The notes under the pieces are model-generated. The model was not told the origin of the DNA and searched no databases. It saw only the letters and a list, made by a program, of their open reading frames with translations. Made by a program: the position numbers and the translations under genes. From a virus (Duplodnaviria > Caudoviricetes), in the IMG/VR virus record IMGVR_UViG_3300028374_000002, positions 64,001-128,000 of that record: a stretch of 64,000 bases of DNA; one strand, written 5' to 3'. The first letter of the stretch is position 1; the number at the start of each line of letters is the position of its first letter. Positions 30,837-40,160 of the stretch are shown one piece after another.

Positions 30837-31370
30837 TTGATACTTATGGTACAATTAAATCAAAAGAACTTTATAACTGGATTCCGTTTCGATATAGAAA
30901 TGTCATTCTACAAAATATTTGACTTTTTTGAGTTATCTGGACTCAATTGCTTGTATATGAATGATATTAATTCATCTTCTAAGCAAGTATATAAAATTTC
31001 TCAAATAGATTTTAAATCAGAAGTTGACGTATGTAAAATTTTAAGTGATGAATCAAACTTATTTAGAATAGATTTAATTGTTATAAATCTATTTAATTAC
31101 TCTATTGACCAAATTTTATACATAAAGGAATGTCTTACTAGTACAAATATTAAGTTTGTAATACTATCAAGGGATTACTCTTACTCCCATAATGATAATA
31201 TAAACGTGTATAATATATCTAGAAGGGTGTATATAAAGTCGAATAATATTGATTATAATACAGATACTACATACGTTGTGATAGATCTTATTAACAAAAA
31301 TAGTTATTCGTTTGATGAATATTTAAAAGCCTATAAAAGGGGTGTTAAAATTAAAAATATATTAGGATAA
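30837..31370 (+). CDS. Hypothetical protein
   Basis: 177-aa ORF (ATG at 30846). Confidence 0.55.
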   Translation: MILMVQLNQKNFITGFRFDIEMSFYKIFDFFELSGLNCLYMNDINSSSKQVYKISQIDFKSEVDVCKILSDESNLFRIDLIVINLFNYSIDQILYIKECLTSTNIKFVILSRDYSYSHNDNINVYNISRRVYIKSNNIDYNTDTTYVVIDLINKNSYSFDEYLKAYKRGVKIKNILG

Positions 31371-31499
31371 CTATTTAAATTCTGTCGATTTGACTATGAA
31401 TAGCCTCTGTTGTGGTGTTAGGTTGTTGGGATTCCAATTCTTCTCTTTGCAAATTTTATTTATTGCTACTTCTTTCTTGTATATATTTATATTTTTCAT
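31371..31499 (-). CDS. 42-aa small protein not in the ORF track (MKNINIYKKEVAINKICKEKNWNPNNLTPQQRLFIVKSTEFK)
   Basis: ATGA overlap with the stop of the 31496 gene; fills the intergenic gap exactly. Confidence 0.55.
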   Translation of the reverse strand: MKNINIYKKEVAINKICKEKNWNPNNLTPQQRLFIVKSTEFK

Positions 31500-31891
31500 A
31501 ATTTTGTAAATATTATTATTACTATTAATAAGATTTGAACTGAGATTCCGATTACCATACTATTAATATTTTTTTTTTGAGTATATTTTGTAGTTGAGTA
31601 CTTTATATTTTTAACAGCACAATCAGAAGATAACGTTGTTAAATACCTGAACAATAGAATGTATGATATGATAAGTGGTATAGCATAAAAATCTATGTAT
31701 TTAAATGTAATATAAGCCATTAGAGTGAGAAATAATATAGCTTGTATTTTGAATATTTTTCGATAATCAATTGATATCTCTCTCCTTGTGTTTTCTTCGT
31801 AAACTTGAACCATACCTTCCCTTACTCCTTCAAAAAAGCAGTAAGCGAGCCAAAATATATTAGCTAAAAGTATGATTAACAAGTAGTTCAT
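31496..31891 (-). CDS. Multi-pass membrane protein
   Basis: Three to four hydrophobic segments; reverse TAATATATA at 31912-31920. Confidence 0.65.
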   Translation of the reverse strand: MNYLLIILLANIFWLAYCFFEGVREGMVQVYEENTRREISIDYRKIFKIQAILFLTLMAYITFKYIDFYAIPLIISYILLFRYLTTLSSDCAVKNIKYSTTKYTQKKNINSMVIGISVQILLIVIIIFTKL

Positions 31892-31931
31892 ATTATTTTT
31901 TATTGTTAATCTATATATTAAAATATTTTTG

Positions 31932-31939
31932 TACCTTTG
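31932..31939 (+). promoter_or_regulatory. Bacteroidota-type -7 element TACCTTTG
   Basis: TAnnTTTG match immediately upstream of ATG 31943 (would give a near-leaderless mRNA). Confidence 0.45.
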
Positions 31940-31942
31940 TAA

Positions 31943-32410
31943 ATGTTTAAATCAAAAGGTATATTATATTTTAATCCAATAAATGTTACTAAAAAACATT
32001 TAAAACAATCTTCGTGGAAGAGTGTGGCTGTTATGAAGATAGATGATGACTTACCAGAGTATTATTCTTGGTTTCTGAAGAATAGGTTTAATTTACAACT
32101 CAACAAACCCCTTAGAGGTTCACATGTTACCGTTATTAATGATGTTATAGATAGTAGCATATATGAGCAGTCTAGGTCTATATTCCATAAGAAGGAAATA
32201 AGTATAGAGTATGATCCCACATTCATAAGATGCAATGATAAGGGTCATTGGTGGATAAAAGTTTATTCAAATGATATTGATAACATAAGAAGTGCAATGG
32301 GGTTAGGAAAACCTTATTTTGGATTACATCTGACTTTGGGTAGAGCAACACATTTACAATTAGAACACTCTAACTATATAAGAAAGGTAATTATGAGGCA
32401 TAATATCTAG
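31943..32410 (+). CDS. 2H phosphoesterase-fold protein (Acb1/gp57B-like candidate)
   Basis: Two HxT motifs: GSHVTVI and GLHLTLG; 155 aa. Confidence 0.65.
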   Translation: MFKSKGILYFNPINVTKKHLKQSSWKSVAVMKIDDDLPEYYSWFLKNRFNLQLNKPLRGSHVTVINDVIDSSIYEQSRSIFHKKEISIEYDPTFIRCNDKGHWWIKVYSNDIDNIRSAMGLGKPYFGLHLTLGRATHLQLEHSNYIRKVIMRHNI

Positions 32411-32546
32411 TATTTTTATCCTAAATTAAAAAAAATTATATATTATTTATTTATATATCATGATGTTGCATGTTTTTGTCGATTTAAAAATATACAACAT
32501 CAACTTTTCTGCTAAATCATATATAATATCCAAATAAGATGTTAAT

Positions 32547-33383
32547 ATGATAAAAGCAGATAAATATTATTTAGACAATTTAAATAAAATAATTAACGAA
32601 GGGACTTGGGATGAAAATCCTAGACCTAGATATAAAGATAGTACACCTGCCTATTGTAAATTTATTACAGGAGTATTCGAAGAATATGACCTATCTAAGA
32701 ATGAATTTCCGATAACAACATTAAGAAATACTGCAACAAAAACTGGTATTAAAGAAATATTATGGATATACCAAAAACAGACTAGTTCATTAGAAGTAGC
32801 TAGAGAATTGGGTATAAAATGGTGGGACGAATGGGATGTTGGTGATGGCACTATAGGCCAGAGATATGGTGCTACTATTAAAAAGTATAATTTAATGGAT
32901 AATCTACTCTATAACCTAAAAAATAATCCATTTTCAAGAAGGCACATAATAGATATGTTCCAATATCAAGACTTGAACGAAACAGAGGGATTATTTCCTT
33001 GTGCCTATTCAACCTCTTGGTCAGTAAGAAATTATCAAGGATCTTATTACTTAGATATGACACTAAACCAACGTTCTAATGATTACATAATGGCTGGGTA
33101 TATAAATAAGATACAATATGTAGCCTTTCAAATGATGGTTGCTAAACATTGTGGATATAGAGTGGGCAAATTCTGTCATTTGGTTCAAAATTTACATGTA
33201 TATGATAGACATATGGATGCTTTAAAAGAAATACTAGATAGAACTCCCCTAGATAACCATCCAATCCTAGAACTTAATACAGAAGAAAACACAGATTTTT
33301 ATAGCTTTTCATTACAACACTTCAAAGTATTAAACTCAACAGGTACTAAGAAAATAAAGAGTAATCTAGAAATTGCAATCTAA
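32547..33383 (+). CDS. thyA: Thymidylate synthase
   Basis: GTIGQRYG, NPFSRRHII, LFPCAY (catalytic Cys), QRSND, N..QY, HVYDRH. Confidence 0.95.
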   Translation: MIKADKYYLDNLNKIINEGTWDENPRPRYKDSTPAYCKFITGVFEEYDLSKNEFPITTLRNTATKTGIKEILWIYQKQTSSLEVARELGIKWWDEWDVGDGTIGQRYGATIKKYNLMDNLLYNLKNNPFSRRHIIDMFQYQDLNETEGLFPCAYSTSWSVRNYQGSYYLDMTLNQRSNDYIMAGYINKIQYVAFQMMVAKHCGYRVGKFCHLVQNLHVYDRHMDALKEILDRTPLDNHPILELNTEENTDFYSFSLQHFKVLNSTGTKKIKSNLEIAI

Positions 33384-33888
33384 AAATAATAACAACAACA
33401 TGGATAATAACATAGAAGAAAGGGATTATAAAACAACTCTAGTTGAAAGTATTAGAAAAATTGACACAGAAGATTTAGATGACGATGTTAATCAAGATAC
33501 AAAAGTAGAGATAGTAAATAAACAAAAAGTATATTTTTGGATACGCCTCTACATGAAAGAAGAAAATAATGATATAAAGATTGGTAATAAAATCAATATA
33601 AAGTGGTTAAGAAGTGGCGAAAGCCTAGATACTATATTTACTGCCTATGGTAAAAAAGGATTGGAGAAAGATGAAGATGGTATAACAGAAAGTAAAGAAG
33701 ATGATAATAGAATACTATGTCTAATGGTCGATAGTGAAAAGATTAATTATAGCAAAGATATCCCATTCATAAGAACCTTGTTTAGAACTGGCTATCACTA
33801 TGAAGACCAACTTATAAAAAGAGATGAACTCATCTTCTACAAAGATGAGGAAGATATACTAATTGATTATTATGACATAGATTTCTAG
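33373..33888 (+). CDS. Hypothetical protein
   Basis: Acidic ORF; likely ATG at 33400. Confidence 0.6.
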   Translation: MQSKNNNNNMDNNIEERDYKTTLVESIRKIDTEDLDDDVNQDTKVEIVNKQKVYFWIRLYMKEENNDIKIGNKINIKWLRSGESLDTIFTAYGKKGLEKDEDGITESKEDDNRILCLMVDSEKINYSKDIPFIRTLFRTGYHYEDQLIKRDELIFYKDEEDILIDYYDIDF

Positions 33889-33950
33889 AAAAGGTGAAAA
33901 AAGAGTTTTTTATTTAATATATACATTATAAAAACAAAATAAAATATTGT

Positions 33951-34313
33951 ATGAAAAATTTAAAAACATTTGAAAGCTTCTCTACTAATGAAGGTATGAA
34001 AGATAGTTTTAACAAAGGTAAAAAAGCTGTTAAAAAATTCTTTAAAGGTCATGAAAGTAAGGAAGATTTTAATAAAGCAGAAAAAGCTTTTATGAAAGAA
34101 CTATCTGATGCTGAAGCCAAAGTCAAAAAAGATGAGGATTCTTTTTCCTTTGATAAGAAAGGCTTACAAGAGCAAGCTAAAGAGAATGATTATCTAGGAA
34201 AATTAGATATGAGAAAGGGTGGTCGTAATAAGAAAATCACTTATGTTGTATATGACAAGGGAACAACAGATTTTAAAAGATTAGCAAGTGATGCTAGTGG
34301 TGTAAGAAGGTAA
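33951..34313 (+). CDS. Hypothetical charged protein (MKNLKTFESF N-terminus)
   Basis: TAATATATA at 33915; terminator after the stop. Confidence 0.7.
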   Translation: MKNLKTFESFSTNEGMKDSFNKGKKAVKKFFKGHESKEDFNKAEKAFMKELSDAEAKVKKDEDSFSFDKKGLQEQAKENDYLGKLDMRKGGRNKKITYVVYDKGTTDFKRLASDASGVRR

Positions 34314-34346
34314 AACGGACACATAGTATCTATTAAATTAAATAAG

Positions 34347-34377
34347 AAATCACTCTATGTAAATGGAGTGATTTTTT
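34347..34377 (+). terminator. Rho-independent terminator
   Basis: AAATCACTC-tatgtaaatg-GAGTGATTTTTT. Confidence 0.7.
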
Positions 34378-34443
34378 ATTTTTAAAATAATTTATAACTT
34401 TTTGGTTTACTTCTACTATAATAGATATATAAAAAATTTATTT

Positions 34444-35970
34444 ATGCTAGTAGAAACACAATATCTGAAACACAAAAAGAAATTAGTTGTTAGTTATGTT
34501 GATAAATCAGGTGACATAAAACTAAAATATTATAATTGGGACAATCCAATGAAGTATGAGACTTGTCAAGATGATGACCCGTACCAACACCCAAAGTACA
34601 AATCGTGGGATGATAAGAGAGTTAAACAAGTAGAGGTATCATATCCCGATAGATACACTGTATATGAATTTTTAGATGCTCTCCCAGAAGAAGAAAAGGA
34701 TGAAATATTTGCATTCAATACTCCTAAAATATTCTTTATTGACATTGAGACAGAAATTGTAGATGGATTTCCAGAAGCAGCAGATGTATATGATAATGAC
34801 GAAAATCTAGTAAAAGAAGGAGCAGCAACAAAAGTCTTATCAATATCAATTGTATACGATGATAAAATTATCCTATTAGGTCTTAAAGATATGCCTAAAG
34901 CCATGCAAGATCGTATAAGAAACAACACTAACAAGTATTTTGAAAAATTTGGTGTTGAATACAAATTAAGATATGTTAAATACGATGACGAGTTTGATAT
35001 GATGTATAACTTCTTTCATAAAATGATTCCAAAAATGCCAGTCTTAACTGGTTGGAACTTTTTAAAGTATGACTGGTTATACCTAGTAAATAGATCTAGA
35101 AAACTTTCTAAAACAATTAACGGAAAAGAATATGTCATAGATCCTAAAGTATCGTCACTTACTAATAAAATAACTAAACAATGGGGTGCTGAATTTGAAC
35201 TACCTGCACATAGAATGGTATTTGACTATATGCAACTATATGAAATAGCAGACACATCTATCAAAGTTAAAGAAAGTTCTTCTCTAGATTTTGTAGCTAG
35301 TAAGCTAGTTGATGTAGAGAAAATAAAATACAATGGTTCTTTACAAAAGCTATATGAAGATGACTTCGAAACTTTTATGTATTATAATGCAGTTGATTCA
35401 GTCTTAGTACAAAAAATACACGAATCTAGAAATTATATATCAATAATATTTGCTATATCATCATTATCAAGAATAAGAATTGTGGATGTTATATCTCATA
35501 TGAACAACTCGTTAGCATCATTAGCAATAACAGAAGGTGTCCTTAGAAACAGATTCAGGGAACAAGATAATACTGTTTTGTTTAAAGAAGATAGAGGACC
35601 TGTACAGTCCACAATAAAAGGTGGATGGGTTAGAGATCCTGTTGTGGGGCTTAATCAGTGGGTTGTTTGTTATGATTTTGCTTCTCTATATCCAACAACA
35701 CAAAGGCAATTTTTCATATCACCAGAAAACTTCGTTGGTATCCAAAAACCAAATGATAAAACAAGATGTACCAACGAAAAACCAATAGATAGTGTAAATC
35801 ATGTCGTGTGTGCCAATGGAACAGTGTTTAACAAGCGTTTATCACCAACACTTAGAATGTTAGAAGATGTATATGCAGATAGAAAGAAGAATAAAAAAAT
35901 TATGATGCAGAAAAAAGAAGAACTTAAACGCCTTACTAATAAGATATCTAGGCTAGAATCTGAAATATAG
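34444..35970 (+). CDS. polB: Family B DNA polymerase, N-terminal subunit of a split enzyme (3'-5' exonuclease + motif A; gp43A-like)
   Basis: IDIETE (ExoI), GWNFLKYD (ExoII), YNAVDS (ExoIII), YDFASLYP (motif A); ends after RKKNKKIM with no KxxxNSxYG or YGDTDS. Confidence 0.85.
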   Translation: MLVETQYLKHKKKLVVSYVDKSGDIKLKYYNWDNPMKYETCQDDDPYQHPKYKSWDDKRVKQVEVSYPDRYTVYEFLDALPEEEKDEIFAFNTPKIFFIDIETEIVDGFPEAADVYDNDENLVKEGAATKVLSISIVYDDKIILLGLKDMPKAMQDRIRNNTNKYFEKFGVEYKLRYVKYDDEFDMMYNFFHKMIPKMPVLTGWNFLKYDWLYLVNRSRKLSKTINGKEYVIDPKVSSLTNKITKQWGAEFELPAHRMVFDYMQLYEIADTSIKVKESSSLDFVASKLVDVEKIKYNGSLQKLYEDDFETFMYYNAVDSVLVQKIHESRNYISIIFAISSLSRIRIVDVISHMNNSLASLAITEGVLRNRFREQDNTVLFKEDRGPVQSTIKGGWVRDPVVGLNQWVVCYDFASLYPTTQRQFFISPENFVGIQKPNDKTRCTNEKPIDSVNHVVCANGTVFNKRLSPTLRMLEDVYADRKKNKKIMMQKKEELKRLTNKISRLESEI

Positions 35971-36008
35971 GTAGGCGAAGTCATATAATATATAAGTAAA
36001 TAATTCAG

Positions 36009-37793
36009 ATGATGAAAGATAATTACTATGTTTATGCACTATTAGATTCGTCTAAACCTGGTGACTATGCTTATAAAAATATAACTTTCAATTATGAACC
36101 CTTTTACATAGGTAAGGGGATTGGTAATAGAATAAAAGAAACACTACATGATAAATCCCCCTTTAAAAGAAACAAGATATCAAAGCTCAAAGAAGAAGGT
36201 ATTGAGATTATAAGTTTTAAAATAAAAATAGAATTATCTAACGAAGATGCTATTCTGTATGAAAAGGAATATATTAAGGTTATTGGAAGAAGAGACAAAT
36301 CAGCTGGTACATTAATAAATTTAACTGATGGTGGTGATGGTAGGCTTAGTAGTAAACCTTCTCAAATAACAAAAAATAAAATATCAAAAACCTATTTAGC
36401 TAAGAATCTAAAGTGGAATCATAAAAAAGAAATTTTAAACAAAATGTCAGACATGCAAAAGGGAAAGGGAAATGGTTTTTATGGCAAGAAACATAGTGAA
36501 GAAACCAAAGACAACCATTCTAATTTAATAAGTGGAAATAACCACCCTATGTATGGAAAGACACATAGTGATGATGTAAAAGCTAAACTTAAAAAACACA
36601 GAGCAAATAAGGTTTCAAATGAGAGTATAAGAAAGGCTTGTCAAGTATTTAATAAAGAAGTTGAAATGTTTGACCTAGATATGAATTATATAAATCTATT
36701 TGATTCAGTCAAATCTGCATCACTAGAAACTAACATAAATGAGTCTATAATATCTAAGTGTTGCAGAGGCGATATCAAAGACCCCACTAGGTATTATTTT
36801 AAATATAAGAATGATTCTGACAATATTAAACAAAACAAGTTTCTGATAAATAAAAATGAGTATTTCTACTATAAAAAAGAAAAGTATAAGCTTGTAAAAA
36901 GAAACAAAAAAACATGTATCTGCCTTGATAGTGATAACCAAGAGATAGTTATACATATAAAAGATTTTAAATATATATTCGAAAAGGCAGAAAACAACTC
37001 AAATATAACTGAACTATTTATGTTTATTAGAAGCATGGACAATACTGCAATATTATTAAATGATGTCATAACATCTAAAAAATTAAAGATAAAATATTGT
37101 GATATCATAAAATATAGCGAAATATTTAGCTCAGATAAAATGACCAAGGAAGACTTTGATGTTATAATATTCAGCGATGAGTGGAAAGATAAAAAAGAAA
37201 TAATAAAATATAGATTAATTAACTTGTATGGGAAGTCTAAAAAAATTGGTGCAAGGAAATGTGATATACGAGAAATAAAGGACAATAGTCTAATTAGAAC
37301 ATTTTTAAACGATAACCATCTACAAGGATTTGTTGGATCTAAAGTAAAGATAGGATTATTCTATGAGGATGAATTAGTATCGCTTATAACATTTGGTTCT
37401 CTTAGAAAGAATTTAGGACAGAAGAGCAAAAAAGACTATTATGAACTTCTTAGGTTCTGTAACAAAAGAGGATTTTCTATAATGGGTGGTGCATCAAAAT
37501 TATTTAAGTATTTTTTAAAAAAATACAATCCCAAGTATATTCTAAGCTATGCTGACTATCGTTGGAGCGAGGGTAATTTATACAAAAAGTTAAATTTCAA
37601 GTATTTAAACAAAACAATATCAAATTACTTCTATATAATAGATTATAATAGAAAGAATAGGTTCAACTTTAGAAAAGACATATTAGTTTCGAATGGGTAT
37701 GATATAAATAAAACTGAAGTTGATATAATGCACGAACAACACCATTATAGAATATGGGATATAGGATCACTAAAATTTACTTATGAAAGATAA
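36009..37793 (+). mobile_element. GIY-YIG homing endonuclease with NUMOD3/NUMOD1, fused to a Hef/Mom-like C-terminal domain
   Basis: YYVYAL...PFYIGKG, LINLTDGGDG, FYGKKHSEETK repeats, SLETNINESIISKCC; C-terminus NHLQG...ELLRFC...GGASKL...SYADYRWSEG. Confidence 0.75.
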
Positions 37794-38475
37794 TATAATA
37801 AAACATGAAGCTTTTTACAATATTGTTCAGAAAGATTTTGGACAATACTTCTCAATGATGGCATCTGCTGGTAATTTTTCAAATATTTGTAAACAAATAA
37901 GCTTAATTAGTAAATCTTCATTAGAGTATGGATATAGTGATTTAGAAATAGAAGAAGCTCTAAAACTAGGTACTATGAAGTTTGCAGGGGATTTATTTGA
38001 AATATTTGCAGAGGTGTTCTTCATAATTTACGGCAAAGACAATAGAATAGGTGTATATGACTACTTACCAGTACCAGCAGAAGATGATAATGGGGTAGAC
38101 GGATATGGTAAGAATATTGAAGGTGGTCCATGTACTGTACAAGTAAAGTTTAGAAATAATCCAACGTATGAACTCAAAGAGAGAGATGTAAAACAATTTG
38201 GTCTTAAAAGCATAACAGATTTCAATGTTGACTATGCTAGGAAAGACTCTATGGTTATATTTACAAACTGTGCAGGTCTCCACTGGTATACAAACTCACA
38301 AGTATTCAATGGTCTTTACCGAATAATAAATCAAGAATCTATATGTAAGCTAATTGATAACAACCAAGCATTTTGGGATTCATATGAAGAGGTTGTTTAT
38401 GAAAGCATAAAAAGTATGGAAACTGATAGACTAACTGAGATGTATTCCAAAAAGAATTATAGCTATAAAATATGA
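37783..38475 (+). CDS. Mrr-like PD-(D/E)XK restriction endonuclease domain
   Basis: GDLFEIF...DDNGVDG...VQVKFR (E...DxGxD...QxK). Confidence 0.75.
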   Translation: MKDNIIKHEAFYNIVQKDFGQYFSMMASAGNFSNICKQISLISKSSLEYGYSDLEIEEALKLGTMKFAGDLFEIFAEVFFIIYGKDNRIGVYDYLPVPAEDDNGVDGYGKNIEGGPCTVQVKFRNNPTYELKERDVKQFGLKSITDFNVDYARKDSMVIFTNCAGLHWYTNSQVFNGLYRIINQESICKLIDNNQAFWDSYEEVVYESIKSMETDRLTEMYSKKNYSYKI

Positions 38476-40148
38476 GAGATATAAAAGAAATACTATTAAC
38501 ACTTAATGATGACCAAAGGGAAATGTTTAAACTCTTACAGAATAATACAAGACACCAATTCAGAGTACCTACTGGTGTTGGAAAGGGTTATGTTATGATT
38601 TTGCACATACTTTGGAGGTTGATAAAGACAAGAGATACAAAAGTTGCAATAGCAAGCCATCGTCTTAGTTTAAATAACCAACACCTAAAGGATTTGATAG
38701 ACTTTTTTTGTGAGTTAAAACTAATAGGCAAAGTAAAGTTTCTAACAGTTGGATCTATGTCGCTTGATATTAATAAAGTCTTACAAAAAGATAAAGTACT
38801 AGCTAGAAATTTTAATAACTCACTATTCGATTATAATACAACACAAGATATAAGTTCTAGGCTTACAGTAGATAGAATATTTAGATCATCTTTAAGCACA
38901 GGAGAGATAAATCAGATAGTTAGAGATAATGACTATAATGGCTTTAAAACAGTTATTATATCAACCTATAATAGCCTTAATAAATTAAAAGACATAGACC
39001 TAGATATTATATATTGTGACGAGGCTCATATATTAGCATCTGAAAAAGAAGACTCTGATTTTAAAAAGTCCTATGAAATAATAAATACTAAGAGGCGTTT
39101 CTTCTTCACTGCCACTCCAAAAGATGTTGACAAGGAACTTATAAAAGAGGATGAGTCATCAGAAATATTCCTAATGAACAACAAGGACATATTTGGTGAC
39201 ATCTACCAAGTTCCTTTCAAAAAATGTATTCAGAAATCATATATATCAACGCCAATTATACATATATCACTACCTTCCGAGATATTGGAGGATAAAAACT
39301 ACGACTCTATTGAAAATAAATCTAAGTTTGTAAAAGATACATTCAAATCACATAAAGAATGGTTAAAGAAGAATTCTAACGAACCAAAAACCATATCACC
39401 CAAAATATTAATTAGGTGTGAGTCTGTACCCAGAATGTGGGATATGCATAAAGTACTAACTGAAATTATGCCTGATGTCACTATATGTGCTGGTGCATCA
39501 TACAACAAAGATAAAGAATGCAACCATGCTATAAATAATGAATGGATTAAGAGTAGAGATGAATTTGTGGATAAGATACAAAAGATAAAAGATGATGAAA
39601 AAGTAATTATACTACAGTATGATATATTTAGCGAAGGTATAAATGTACCAGGTATAACTGGTGTTATGTTTTTACAAGGCAAAATGCCAACTAGGGCAAA
39701 AATAATACAAAACGTTGGTCGTTCTACTAGACTTCATAAAATGGATAGAAGTAATATCAGAAAAGGCTTGATAAATAATAATGATTTGTCTAAATGGGTA
39801 AAGCCATACTGTGCAGTAATTCTACCATATTGGGATAGTAGAAGTGAATTTACTAAAGACCAACTTGCTTTTACTATACAAGATATGAGAGATAGGTGGG
39901 GATTTGATCCTAGATTTGAAGTTTCAATAGGAGAAGATATGGCAGAGTCAGAACTAGTCTACCAAGACGATGGACTAAACCGACTTGATAGGAAAAATAA
40001 AAAAGCCTATTTTATAGAATCCATTTTACATAAGATAGAAATTATTGACAAACAAACTAACGAATCTAAGAAACGTGCTTTATTAAATTCTCTATCGCCA
40101 ATAGAATTACTTAAACAAAATAGGATATCTAACTATAAAAACAAATAA
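38472..40148 (+). CDS. SF2 helicase/translocase (restriction-enzyme Res/ISP-like)
   Basis: PTGVGKG (I), DEAH (II), TATP (III), SEGINVPG (V), QNVGRSTR (VI). Confidence 0.9.
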   Translation: MRDIKEILLTLNDDQREMFKLLQNNTRHQFRVPTGVGKGYVMILHILWRLIKTRDTKVAIASHRLSLNNQHLKDLIDFFCELKLIGKVKFLTVGSMSLDINKVLQKDKVLARNFNNSLFDYNTTQDISSRLTVDRIFRSSLSTGEINQIVRDNDYNGFKTVIISTYNSLNKLKDIDLDIIYCDEAHILASEKEDSDFKKSYEIINTKRRFFFTATPKDVDKELIKEDESSEIFLMNNKDIFGDIYQVPFKKCIQKSYISTPIIHISLPSEILEDKNYDSIENKSKFVKDTFKSHKEWLKKNSNEPKTISPKILIRCESVPRMWDMHKVLTEIMPDVTICAGASYNKDKECNHAINNEWIKSRDEFVDKIQKIKDDEKVIILQYDIFSEGINVPGITGVMFLQGKMPTRAKIIQNVGRSTRLHKMDRSNIRKGLINNNDLSKWVKPYCAVILPYWDSRSEFTKDQLAFTIQDMRDRWGFDPRFEVSIGEDMAESELVYQDDGLNRLDRKNKKAYFIESILHKIEIIDKQTNESKKRALLNSLSPIELLKQNRISNYKNK

Positions 40149-40160
40149 ACAAATAAACAA

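Noticed and set aside
32547-33383. thyA as a dCMP hydroxymethylase or other base-modification enzyme
   Set aside because: It keeps the dUMP-specifying Asn after QRSND (YINKIQY) and all canonical thymidylate synthase motifs.
35900-36008. Intron or split intein at the end of polB
   Set aside because: No Cys/Ser-initiated intein block A and no P/Q/R/S elements; the gap is only 38 nt and holds the TAATATATA motif.
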